Positions 31,088 to 41,074 of a stretch of DNA of 64,000 nucleotides are shown piece after piece (the first letter of the stretch is position 1; the number at the start of each line of letters is the position of its first letter). A program made the position numbers and the translations under genes. This DNA comes from Polyangiaceae bacterium (GTDB taxonomy: Bacteria > Myxococcota_A > Polyangia > Polyangiales > Polyangiaceae), in contig JBILLK010000002.1 of assembly GCA_044376115.1 (NCBI GenBank), positions 288,001 to 352,000 of the forward strand. The letters are read 5' to 3'. Under the pieces are notes generated by a model that saw only the letters and a program-made list of their open reading frames with translations, was not told the origin of the DNA and did no database searches.

Positions 31088-32269
31088 TCAACGCGAGCTT
31101 GCTGCAGCGTTGCGCGACAGCCGGCGTTTGGGCCGGTCGAGCACCTTCATCAGCCGTGAGTAGGTGTCGTTCTTGCGGCCGATCCAGCCCATTCTTCGGT
31201 AGTAGAACAAGAGCCCGATCGAGCTTGCGGCCATCAAGCCGAGCGAAAACGGGTAACCGAGGGTCCACTCCAACTCCGGCATGTTCCAGCGCGACTTCTG
31301 GGTGTCGAAGTTCATGCCGTAGACGCCGGCGATGAAGGTCATCGGCAAAAAGATGGTCGAGAGCACCGTTAGCACCTTCATCACTTCGTTCAGCCGATTG
31401 GAGGCGCGCGTCATCAGCTGGTCCATCAAGCTCGAGCTGATTTCGCGGAAGGTCTCGACCATGTCGATCACCTGCACGCAGTGATCGTACGAGTCGCGAA
31501 AGTAAGGCCGGGTCTCCGCGTCGATGTGCACGCTCTCGTCGCGGATCAGCTGCGAAAGAAGATCGCGCTGCGGCCAGATCGCTCGGCGCAGCGTGAGGAA
31601 CTCGCGTTTGAGCGCGAAGATCGACTGCGGCTCGACCGTGCGCGGCCCGAGCACCTCCGCCTCCAGCTCATCGAGCTCCTCGCCGAAGTGTTCGAGCACC
31701 GGGTAGAAGCCGTCGATCACGGCGTCGAGCAAGGCCGAAGCGAGGTAGTCGGAGCCGCGGGTGCGGAAGCCGCTGCGCCCCTGACGAAGCCGCAGCCGCA
31801 CCGAGTCCAAGCAGTCGAAGCGAGGCTCTTCTTGCACCGTCACCACGAAACCGCGACCAAACAAGATCGCGAACTGCTCGGTGGTGAGCTTGCCGTCATG
31901 CAGCGTCGCCATGCGCGTGATGATCAGCTGTTGGTCCTTGAAGATCTCGGTTTTCGGCCGCTGGGGCACGTTGACCATGTCCTCGAGCGCGAGCGGGTGA
32001 ATCTTGAAGATCTCCCCGAGCTTCTTGAAGGTCGGGGCGTGTCCAATACCGCGGATATCGACCCACGTAACGCCCTCCTTGTGCACGTGCTCGACACAGT
32101 CTTCGATACGCGCGAGCTGGAACTCCTCGACCTCTTCGCGGTCCGGCCCGTAATCCAGCATGTGGATCGTCGGCGCATCCTCGCTATGAATGTGCAGCGT
32201 CCCCGGCGGCGCGCCCGGCACTTCGTGCGCCAGATCGAAGGAGCGTCGCGAGGCGGGAGAATGCGGCAC
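31088..32269 (-). CDS. corA: Magnesium/cobalt transporter CorA
   Basis: HPLALED..QRPK; LNEVMKVLT; IAGVYGMNF; NMPEL.W..GYP. Confidence 0.95.
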   Translation of the reverse strand: MPHSPASRRSFDLAHEVPGAPPGTLHIHSEDAPTIHMLDYGPDREEVEEFQLARIEDCVEHVHKEGVTWVDIRGIGHAPTFKKLGEIFKIHPLALEDMVNVPQRPKTEIFKDQQLIITRMATLHDGKLTTEQFAILFGRGFVVTVQEEPRFDCLDSVRLRLRQGRSGFRTRGSDYLASALLDAVIDGFYPVLEHFGEELDELEAEVLGPRTVEPQSIFALKREFLTLRRAIWPQRDLLSQLIRDESVHIDAETRPYFRDSYDHCVQVIDMVETFREISSSLMDQLMTRASNRLNEVMKVLTVLSTIFLPMTFIAGVYGMNFDTQKSRWNMPELEWTLGYPFSLGLMAASSIGLLFYYRRMGWIGRKNDTYSRLMKVLDRPKRRLSRNAAASSR

Positions 32270-32310
32270 AGGCGCACCTTAGCGAAAGCTCCGGGATCGG
32301 CCCAAGTTCG

Positions 32311-33537
<1,227 letters not shown>

Positions 33538-33565
33538 TCGCAAAGCAAACTAGCACGTCGCAGGC

Positions 33566-33591
33566 ACAAATATGATACCGGTCATATTTGT
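33566..33591. promoter_or_regulatory. AT-rich perfect inverted repeat (operator-like) in the divergent kinase/TPR-PEGA spacer
   Basis: ACAAATATGA-taccgg-TCATATTTGT. Confidence 0.55.
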
Positions 33592-33593
33592 AA

Positions 33594-34592
33594 ATGCTGC
33601 GCAAGGGAAGGCTCCTTCGAGTACTGCAGCCGTGCGCCTTGTTGAGCTTGCTGCAGGCGCCCACGCTGGTCCGCGCGCAAGAGCCGGAGCCTGCGGAGCC
33701 TGAGCCGATCGTGCGCAGCTCCGCCGAGCGCTTGTTCGATGAGGCGCTGCGGCTTCAGGATGAGGGCCAGCCGAAGCAGGCCTGCAACGCTTTTCGCGAG
33801 AGCTTCGCGGCGGAGCCCTCGGTGGGGGCGCTCTTCAACGTCGCCGGTTGCAGCCTGCGTGAAGGGCGGATCGTGCAGGCGCGTGCCGAGGTTGGACGGG
33901 TGCTCGAGCTCAACCAGACCACGCCAGACCCTGTGCGACGCGAGCGAATGGACGCAGCTGCGCAGCAACTGGCCGCGGAGATCGACGCGCGCATCGGGCG
34001 GGTGGTTCCACGGGTGGAGCCGGCCAACGTTGGCGCGGTGCTTCGCTTGCGTGACGTCGAGGGGCCTTTGCCCGAGCCGGGCGCACCGCTGAGTTTGGCC
34101 GAAGGGACGTACGTCTTCGAGGCGAGCGCGCCGGGCTTTCTGCCGCTTGCGGTGCCGCTTCGCGTGAAGGGCGGCTCGCAGCAAGAGTTAGTCTTGCGCT
34201 TGCAGCCACCCAAGCTCGAGCCGCCGCCCAACGATGATTGGTTGCGCGCGGCGATCGGCACGGGCTCGGCCGGTGCTGGGCTCGCCATCGTGGGTGCGGT
34301 GTTGCTCGGGCTAGCCGAAGGGAAGGCTCAAAGCCTGCGTGCGGAGTGCGGGCCCAACGTGGCTCCACCGAGTTGCCCTGCAGGCTCGGCCCTTCGTGCG
34401 CAAGAGCTCTCCGACGCAGGCGCCGCGTTCGAAGCAGGAGGCTTCACGCTGGTGGGCGTTGGGGCTGCGGGCCTTGGCCTGAGTGCGCTGTTTGTCGCGC
34501 TCGATGCGCTCGAGCCGGAGGCCGCTGCGGCCGCGCCGACCGTGAGCGTTGCAAGCGGGGAGGTGCGGTTCTCGTGGCACACCGCATTCTGA
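33594..34592 (+). CDS. Exported TPR + PEGA-like domain protein
   Basis: AERLFDEA...ACNAFRES..PSVGALFNVAGC; PEGA-like GTYVFEASAPGF; C-terminal hydrophobic segments. Confidence 0.78.
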   Translation: MLRKGRLLRVLQPCALLSLLQAPTLVRAQEPEPAEPEPIVRSSAERLFDEALRLQDEGQPKQACNAFRESFAAEPSVGALFNVAGCSLREGRIVQARAEVGRVLELNQTTPDPVRRERMDAAAQQLAAEIDARIGRVVPRVEPANVGAVLRLRDVEGPLPEPGAPLSLAEGTYVFEASAPGFLPLAVPLRVKGGSQQELVLRLQPPKLEPPPNDDWLRAAIGTGSAGAGLAIVGAVLLGLAEGKAQSLRAECGPNVAPPSCPAGSALRAQELSDAGAAFEAGGFTLVGVGAAGLGLSALFVALDALEPEAAAAAPTVSVASGEVRFSWHTAF

Positions 34593-35650
34593 TCCTGCTC
34601 GGCTTAGCCGCGTGTCACCCCGAGTTCGGCGAGTACGGCTCGGGCGCAAGCGACGCTTCGGGCGATCCGGTGGTGGACCGCGACGGCGAAGGTGGCGCCA
34701 GCGCAGCCGGCGGGCCGAGCGTTGGCGGCGCGGCTGGCGGGCCGTCGAGCGGTGGCTCGTCGAGCGCAGGCGAGGATTGCACGAACGGCCTCGACGACGA
34801 CGACAACGGCCTCAGCGACTGCGCCGATCCAGTCTGCGGCGGCTACGTTTGTGTGCCGGCCCCACCGGCGTTCGAGGGCTGGCGAGGTCCGCTCGATCTG
34901 CACAACGCCGAGCAGGCGGAGTGTTACGCCGGCTGGCAGGCTGAGACGACGGAAGGCGAGCTATTGCTCGCTGCGCCCGACCCGTGCGGCTGCGTTTGTG
35001 CGCCGCCGGCCAACGCAGTTTGCAGCGCCACGCTGAGCTTCGCCGCGGGGGATTGCAACGCCGCAGCGCTCACCGTCGAGGTCCCCGCGAACGGCTGCTT
35101 CGCCTTCGGCGGCAACGCGCAATCGGCGAGCGCGCAGGCCAAGCCGAAGGGCGGAAGTTGCGCGAGCTCGGAGGCGCCCGTCGTGGCGCCGAGCTTTGAA
35201 CCGCGGCTGCTTTGCGCCGCACCCAAGGCCGGCGGCTGCGCGAGCGATGAGGCCTGCGTACGGCCGCCCGGGCCCGCCGTGAGCGAGGCCACCTGCTTCG
35301 CCAAAGACGGTAACCATGAGTGCCCCGCCGCGCCCTACCTCAAGCGCAAACAGCTCTATCGCAGCCCGCCCCAAGACGAGCGGACATGCGAAGGCAGCTG
35401 CTCCTGCAGTAGCCCCAGCGGAGGAAGTTGCGACGGCACCGTTGGGCTTTTCAGCTCCAGCTGCGCCGGCCCAGCCGCGCTTGAGATCGAGCTGCCCAGC
35501 GCCTGCAGCGCCCAGCCCTTCACCAACTTCGCCTTCGTCGGCTACAGCGACGCGAGCGTGGTGAGCCCCGCGAGCTGCGCGCCCACCACGCGCACCACCG
35601 TGGGGGAGATCACCGGGGACGTCGTCACGCTTTGTTGCAGCGAGGAGTGA
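34574..35650 (+). CDS. Cys-rich lipoprotein
   Basis: GTG start, LLGLAAC lipobox, Gly linker, EDCTNGLDDDDNGLSDCAD, many CxC motifs, ends LCC. Confidence 0.75.
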   Translation: MAHRILILLGLAACHPEFGEYGSGASDASGDPVVDRDGEGGASAAGGPSVGGAAGGPSSGGSSSAGEDCTNGLDDDDNGLSDCADPVCGGYVCVPAPPAFEGWRGPLDLHNAEQAECYAGWQAETTEGELLLAAPDPCGCVCAPPANAVCSATLSFAAGDCNAAALTVEVPANGCFAFGGNAQSASAQAKPKGGSCASSEAPVVAPSFEPRLLCAAPKAGGCASDEACVRPPGPAVSEATCFAKDGNHECPAAPYLKRKQLYRSPPQDERTCEGSCSCSSPSGGSCDGTVGLFSSSCAGPAALEIELPSACSAQPFTNFAFVGYSDASVVSPASCAPTTRTTVGEITGDVVTLCCSEE

Positions 35651-35745
35651 AGGGGAGCTGGGCGGGCGCGCGCGACGGTGGGCCGACGGCTGGCCGCGAG
35701 GTGGCGGGCCGACGGCGGTTCGCGCTCACGCGCAGCGCTGGGCGG

Positions 35746-35790
35746 GCGACATTCGGGCGACCGATGGTTTATCGAGAGGCCGAATGTCGC
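35746..35790. repeat. 45-bp dyad element, variant A (copy 1)
   Basis: GCGACATTCGG-GCGAC-CGAT-GGTTT-ATCG-AGAGG-CCGAATGTCGC. Confidence 0.9.
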
Positions 35791-35912
35791 ACCGGGACGC
35801 GCACGGGGCTCCGAGGCTCGAGGAACTGCGGCCGGCCGCGACAACGTGCTCACGAAAAGCCGGGGAGATCGGGCTGTCGGCAACGCGAGTTGGTCACGCC
35901 GCTCATCGCCGA

Positions 35913-35957
35913 GGGACATTCGGGCGACCGATGAGTTATCGCGCGGCCCAATGTCGC
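35913..35957. repeat. 45-bp dyad element, variant A (copy 2)
   Basis: GGGACATTCGGGCGACCGATGAGTTATCGCGCGGCCCAATGTCGC. Confidence 0.9.
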
Positions 35958-36066
35958 TGCTCGTGCAGCCCAAGGTTGCTCCAAGCCGTCGGGGTTGGCG
36001 GAACGAATCTTGGTAAGCCAGGCTCTGAGTTGCTACGCCAAACGAGCTGCGCGATACCATGCGCGA

Positions 36067-37233
36067 ATGTCCGAGCTGTTCCTCGTCTGCGGCGACTTGA
36101 CCTTTCCATCGGGGAAGATCGCGGCGTGGCGCAAGTGCGCCATCGGTGAAGAAGAGGTTGGGCGCCTGCCCCAATACGTGAGCGGCTTGCAGTCGGAGAC
36201 GACGGTGCCGAAATTGCTCAAGTTCCTCGGCCAGATCGCCAAACACGAGCACGTCGAGCTGGAGGTTGGGAAGACAAAGCTGCGGTTGCGCGCGCTCGTT
36301 TCGGATCACACGCTGCACGACTTGGGCGCGCCGCTGGTTGGCGCGTTCCGAGCAGCCGCGCAGCTCGGTGCACAAGGCGAACTGCTGTTGGCGATCGACT
36401 CGACGCCGCCCTCCATCGTGCATCGCTTGCGGCTCGGCCAAGACGAGGCGCTGCTCACGGTGGGCGCACGCGAGGCGAAGACGCTCGCTTCGCACCCGGG
36501 GCTGTGCGAGCTGCGTGCGACGCTCGAGGCGCTAAGCGACGCTGCGCTCGCCGCCGTCGTACCCAGCGCCGCTCCGAAGCGGGTGAAACCTTCGGCGGCG
36601 TCCAAACCTTCGGCGGCGTCCAAGGCGGCGCCAAAACCGGGGGCGCGCCGCTTTGCGCACATTACGCCGGTGCGCCCCGAGCAACCATCACCGGTACCGC
36701 CTCCCGACGCGGACCTAACCTCCCCAATCGAGTCCCTCCGCGACGTCGCGATCATCAAAGCGACCCAAGCCCGCGCGATCAAAGCGCCAAGCGCTTTCTA
36801 CGCCGAAGTCGCAGCGTTGCTCGAGGGAGATGGGCTCTACGACAAGGCCAATGAGCGCGTGGTCCTAGCCCTTTCTACGGTGCTCGGCAGTGCCGGGAAC
36901 TACCCCATGATCCTCGCTGCGTTTCGCGCTGAACCGCTGTGGATGAAGCTGTTTGCGCGCCTCCTGGCGGACGAGCGTGTGCACCCTCATTTCAGAGCCG
37001 GCATGATGAGCGGCCTCGCGCAAGCCGCGGACCCAGCGTACCTACCGCTCATCGTCGAGCACGCCCGCGTCGTCGACACCGAAACCCTCACATTCGTGGT
37101 GCGCGCGTACGGCGCCGTAGCGCTCGACGCCCTTCGCGGCGCCGTCGATGATGACGTGTTCGAGCAGGTCGAAGTCGAGGTTGAAGGCTACCTTGAAGCG
37201 CTCGAGCGTCCGAAGAAGGGCAAGCGGAAGTAG
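36067..37233 (+). CDS. Two-domain hypothetical protein (Pro/Ala/Lys linker, helical HEAT-like C-terminus)
   Basis: Long ORF with GC3-biased codons; KPSAAS x2 linker; no recognisable catalytic motif. Confidence 0.6.
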   Translation: MSELFLVCGDLTFPSGKIAAWRKCAIGEEEVGRLPQYVSGLQSETTVPKLLKFLGQIAKHEHVELEVGKTKLRLRALVSDHTLHDLGAPLVGAFRAAAQLGAQGELLLAIDSTPPSIVHRLRLGQDEALLTVGAREAKTLASHPGLCELRATLEALSDAALAAVVPSAAPKRVKPSAASKPSAASKAAPKPGARRFAHITPVRPEQPSPVPPPDADLTSPIESLRDVAIIKATQARAIKAPSAFYAEVAALLEGDGLYDKANERVVLALSTVLGSAGNYPMILAAFRAEPLWMKLFARLLADERVHPHFRAGMMSGLAQAADPAYLPLIVEHARVVDTETLTFVVRAYGAVALDALRGAVDDDVFEQVEVEVEGYLEALERPKKGKRK

Positions 37234-37283
37234 GCCAGCAGGGATGGCGCCGGTCGCAACTGCGGTTGCCCGACGGGCCTCAT

Positions 37284-37328
37284 GCGACCTTGCGCCGGGT
37301 CTCGCCGTGAGAGTGCGCGCTATGTCGC
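37284..37328. repeat. 45-bp dyad element, divergent variant A'
   Basis: GCGACCTTGCGC-CGGG-TCTC-GCCGT-GAGA-GTGC-GCGCTATGTCGC; same length and pairing register as variant A. Confidence 0.7.
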
Positions 37329-37347
37329 TGAGAAGGGCTCAGTCCTA

Positions 37348-37560
37348 CGTCCCATAACTGCCCGTCGTTCTGGGCGAATCGACGTTATGGGACGGCGCCG
37401 GGAGCCCGGGAAAGCGTGTGCGACCCATAACTGCCCGTCGTTCTGGGCGAACCGACGTTATGGGACAACTAGAGTCGAACGAACGAGATGGCGCGGGCGT
37501 GCACAGGCGCCTACGTCCCATAACTGCCCGTCGTACTGGGCGAGCCGACGTTATGGGACG
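37348..37560. repeat. Three direct copies of a palindromic 45/47-bp element (variant B) with 26- and 46-nt spacers
   Basis: CGTCCCATAACTGCCCGTCGTTCTGGGCGAATCGACGTTATGGGACG at 37348-37394, 37421-37467 and 37514-37560, with only a few substitutions between copies. Confidence 0.92.
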
Positions 37561-37626
37561 GCGACAGGCTCAGGCGTGTTGCGTCGCATTTGAGCAGCTG
37601 GCGCTCGCCGGTGGTAGAGGCAGGCG

Positions 37627-37785
37627 ATGTCGCTCGACATCTGCGTTCACGCCGTCCACGCGGGCCAGCCCGCCACCCCCAAGGTTTCGCTGGAGGATGA
37701 TGGCTACTACTTGCTGGCCGACCTCCGCACGATGATTGACCACGCAGAGCGTTGCGGTGGCCAAATCGAGTGCATCGGCGACTAG
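37627..37785 (+). pseudogene. 52-codon ORF, probable internally deleted gene remnant
   Basis: MSLDICVHAVHAGQPATPKVSLEDDGYYLLADLRTMIDHAERCGGQIECIGD; gaggcagg RBS-like sequence upstream. Confidence 0.35.
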
Positions 37786-38230
37786 CCGCCGTGGTGGTGC
37801 CCAGCGTGCTGTCGCTGTTCGGCGTTTTTCGGGAAAGCGCGATCGCCTACACGATGGGGCTCGAGCTCACGCGGTTGGTCGCACCGCGTGTGGTCCTAGA
37901 GCTACCGGGCAACGAGATCGACGTCGCGAGGGACAACCAGACCGTCGCGACCGGGGTGAAGCGAGGCGAGTTGCAGGATCATCGGGGACATCGTGGCATC
38001 GCGTCCTCGACCGCAAAGAGCTCGTCGTGAGCGCGACGATTCGTTGGCTCGCTGAAGCGGGAAAGCTCCATGGTTGCTCTGCTCAGCGAAGAGCTCGCAT
38101 CGCTCGGGGCTCAACGACGCGCAGCTGTCGAGGCCTCACCCCAACGTGCCGACGCCGAGAATTAGCTCGACCTGCTCGTGGCGCGACGTTGGGAAAGACG
38201 CTTACCAATCGCCGGTGCTATCGTTGCCCT

Positions 38231-38488
38231 GTGTCCACACGTCCGGCTGACACAAGCGAAGCGGCTTGGAAGATCATGGAGGCGGGGATCGCCGCGATGA
38301 CTCCGGAGCAACGTGTACAGCGCGTCGTTTCGCTGACGGTGCTCTCACACGCCTTCGCGCTCGCGGCCATTCGGGCGAATCACCCTGAGGAGAATGAACG
38401 TGAACACCGACTTCGGCTCGCGGCGCGCACCATCGACGCTGCGACCATGAAAGCCGCGTTCGGATGGCCCTATGACCGACGCGAGTGA
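38231..38488 (+). CDS. Small helical protein, putative antitoxin partner of the downstream nucleotidyltransferase
   Basis: DTSEAA..MTPEQR...IRANHPE; overlaps the downstream gene by 17 nt. Confidence 0.65.
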   Translation: MSTRPADTSEAAWKIMEAGIAAMTPEQRVQRVVSLTVLSHAFALAAIRANHPEENEREHRLRLAARTIDAATMKAAFGWPYDRRE

Positions 38489-39050
38489 ACTCGTGGCAGC
38501 GCTGCGGTCGATCGCGTCAGCGTTCGAGTCGCTCGCTGTGCCTTGGGCGATCGGCGGCTCCGTCGCCAGCAGTGCATACGGTGAACCACGGATGACCAAC
38601 GACGTGGATGTCATCGCCCTGCTTGATGTCGACTCCGCGCGCCTTCTGGGTGGCCTACTGGGTGAGGACTTCTACGCAGATCCCGACGTAGCGGTCGAAG
38701 CCGTCCGGGTCCGCGGCAGCTTCAACGTCATCGACACAAGGAGCCTGCTCAAGATCGACGTGTTCGTGCCCAGCCCTGGGCCGCTCGGAGTAGGGCAGCT
38801 AACCCGGCGCCGCACGCTGCAGGTGTTGCCTGGTCTACCAGCGATACCGGTCCTGAGCCCTGAGGACGTCGTGCTCCAGAAGCTTCGTTGGTTTCAGCTT
38901 GGCGGCGAGACGTCCGACCGCCAATGGCGCGACCTGGTGGCTGTGCTCGCACAGCAGCGACAGACGCTCGACCTCGCCTATATGCACGACGTCGCCAGCG
39001 GAAGCTTGGCGGGGTTGCTAGCGCGTGCGCTCGTGGATGCATCGACCTGA
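38472..39050 (+). CDS. Pol-beta superfamily nucleotidyltransferase (DUF6036/AbiEii/MenT-like)
   Basis: IGGSVAS..GEPRMTNDVD, KIDVF, PEDVVLQKL, RQWRD. Confidence 0.78.
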   Translation: MTDASELVAALRSIASAFESLAVPWAIGGSVASSAYGEPRMTNDVDVIALLDVDSARLLGGLLGEDFYADPDVAVEAVRVRGSFNVIDTRSLLKIDVFVPSPGPLGVGQLTRRRTLQVLPGLPAIPVLSPEDVVLQKLRWFQLGGETSDRQWRDLVAVLAQQRQTLDLAYMHDVASGSLAGLLARALVDAST

Positions 39051-39145
39051 AGCCCGAGACGAGGGTGGCATGAGAGGCAGGGGAATTGCGAGAGCGGGCA
39101 GCCCGCTGGCTTCCCGCCAGATAGCTTTCTCGCTAGGCTCGAGCG

Positions 39146-40921
39146 ATGCAGCACCGCACGCTCTTCTTCGCTCTTAGCCTCGGCCTCGCTCAACTGCACT
39201 GCGGCGACGGCGATGAGCCGGTGTGCGTACCCGGCGCGCAGATCGAGTGCGCCTGCCCGGGGGGCGCTCCAGGGATTCAGGTGTGCGAGCCTGACGGTCT
39301 CGCGCTGGGTGCGTGCGAATGTGGCGAGGGTGGCGGCGGTGCTGGACCGAGCACCGGGGGCGGGGGAGACGGCGGAGCTGGTGCGAACGCTGGTGCAGGC
39401 CCGGGCGGAGGCGGCAATGGAGGCAGCGGACCGTGCGCGCCGGGAGCCGAAGAGGCCTGCTACCAAGGTCCAGCGAATACGCAAGGCGTCGGCATCTGCC
39501 AGGCCGGAACCCGGCTCTGCGACGTGACGGGATCGTGGGGCGAGTGCATGGGCCAGCTGCTTCCGCTCCCCGAGGATTGCCAGACAGAGGCCGACGAAAA
39601 CTGCGATGGTGGTGCGCCCGCATGTGGAGCCGGCTTCGTGAAGACCCTCGGCGCCACCACGACCGTCCACGCGCTCGCCATCGATCAAGACGGCAACGTG
39701 TTCATCCTCGGCCACTTCGACGGCACGGTCGACTTTGGTGGAGGCAACACGCTCACCGATATCGGCCCGTACGATACCTACCTCGCCAAGCTCGATGCGA
39801 ACGGCAACCACCTCTGGAGCCACGCCTTTGGTGATCCCATCGGTAACGCCTTCGCGAGCGACCAGGGCGCGCTTGCGGTCGACTCCACAGGCGCCGTGTA
39901 CGCCGCGATGGGGTTCATCGGGGACGTCAACGTCTTTGGCGACATCATCGAGTCGGAAGGTGAAATGGACGGGCTACTCGTGAAGGTCGCCGCCGACGGC
40001 ACGCCCGTGCGCGCCAACCACTTTGGCTCCGCCGCGATTGAGTATGTCGAGTCGATCACGGTCGATGCCGACGACAACCTGATCTTCACGATGGCCCACT
40101 CGGCGCCGATCTACTTCGGCGGTGCGGACGTCCTCAATAGCGGACGTGCGCTCGTGAAGTACGACCCCGACGGAAGCCACATCTTCAGCCGGACCACCTT
40201 GAACCTTGCGGGTGGCTTCGCGCGCGTCATCACCGACCCGGTCACGAACGCGATCTTGCTCGGTTGTCAGTACGATCAGACGGTGGATCTCGGGCTCGGT
40301 CCGCTCAACCCCGCCGTCGACGGCCGCACCTTCTTTGGCTTCTTCGATCCCCTCGATGGCAGCGCCGTCTCCTACGGGGCCACCGGAGGTACGGTGACGA
40401 TCACGAACAACGACACCTTGATCGCGCCCAACGGCGACATCGTGATCGCCGGCTATGCCGGGACCCCAGCGGTGTTGGACTTTGGCCAGCCGAACCCGGC
40501 GGCAGATCAAGCCTACGTGGCGCGGCTCACGCCCGACCTCCAGCCTGTGTTCGTGCGTACCTTCACGGCGACGGGCCAGCTTGCGAGTGTGACCTTCGTC
40601 GCGCTCGGCCTCGACTCGGTGGGCGACGCAAAGGTCTTCGGCACCGTTAACGGCGCCTCTCCAGCATCGGCGCAGATCGGGGCGACGACGGTCACCGACG
40701 CGTCCTTCTCCTTCGACGTCGACGCCCAGGGAACCATCTCCAACGTCGACGTCATCGGGCCACCGAGCAGCGTGATCACAATCGCCCTCGAGCGCGCACC
40801 GGACGGCGTCATGATCGCCGGCGGGTTCTTCTTCGGCGGCACCTTCGAGATCGGTGGGCAGACCTTGTCTGGACCGGTTGGCACCGACCAAGGCTTCGTC
40901 GTGCGCATGGCGCCGAATTGA
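39146..40921 (+). CDS. Cys-rich lipoprotein with beta-propeller (SBBP-like) repeats
   Basis: LHCGD lipobox-like; CYQGP..GVGICQAG; repeated LAID.DGN..GxF.G.VDFGG and YLAKLD..G..LW. Confidence 0.78.
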   Translation: MQHRTLFFALSLGLAQLHCGDGDEPVCVPGAQIECACPGGAPGIQVCEPDGLALGACECGEGGGGAGPSTGGGGDGGAGANAGAGPGGGGNGGSGPCAPGAEEACYQGPANTQGVGICQAGTRLCDVTGSWGECMGQLLPLPEDCQTEADENCDGGAPACGAGFVKTLGATTTVHALAIDQDGNVFILGHFDGTVDFGGGNTLTDIGPYDTYLAKLDANGNHLWSHAFGDPIGNAFASDQGALAVDSTGAVYAAMGFIGDVNVFGDIIESEGEMDGLLVKVAADGTPVRANHFGSAAIEYVESITVDADDNLIFTMAHSAPIYFGGADVLNSGRALVKYDPDGSHIFSRTTLNLAGGFARVITDPVTNAILLGCQYDQTVDLGLGPLNPAVDGRTFFGFFDPLDGSAVSYGATGGTVTITNNDTLIAPNGDIVIAGYAGTPAVLDFGQPNPAADQAYVARLTPDLQPVFVRTFTATGQLASVTFVALGLDSVGDAKVFGTVNGASPASAQIGATTVTDASFSFDVDAQGTISNVDVIGPPSSVITIALERAPDGVMIAGGFFFGGTFEIGGQTLSGPVGTDQGFVVRMAPN

Positions 40922-41074
40922 GTGAGGAGGGAAGGGTAGTGGGTCACCCCTCGCGAGGCGTCAGGCCGCCAGCTCGACAGAGGACGGGCAAGTCACTACG
41001 GACGACCAGCGAAGGGACTTGGCGCAGGGAAGAATTGGTCCTGGGCCAGCCGCCGCGCTAGCTTCGACCCAAGC

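Noticed and set aside
37348..37560. CRISPR array
   Set aside because: Only three units, spacers of very unequal length (26 and 46 nt), whole-unit palindromes, no leader or cas genes.
37348..38194. Integron attC sites (AAC...GTT hairpins)
   Set aside because: Units are shorter than typical attC, the inner stem is only ~4 bp, R boxes deviate from RYYYAAC/GTTRRRY, and no integrase is in the window.
39088..39133. Possible further 45-bp dyad element
   Set aside because: 46 bp with an off-centre inner stem; does not fit the shared geometry.
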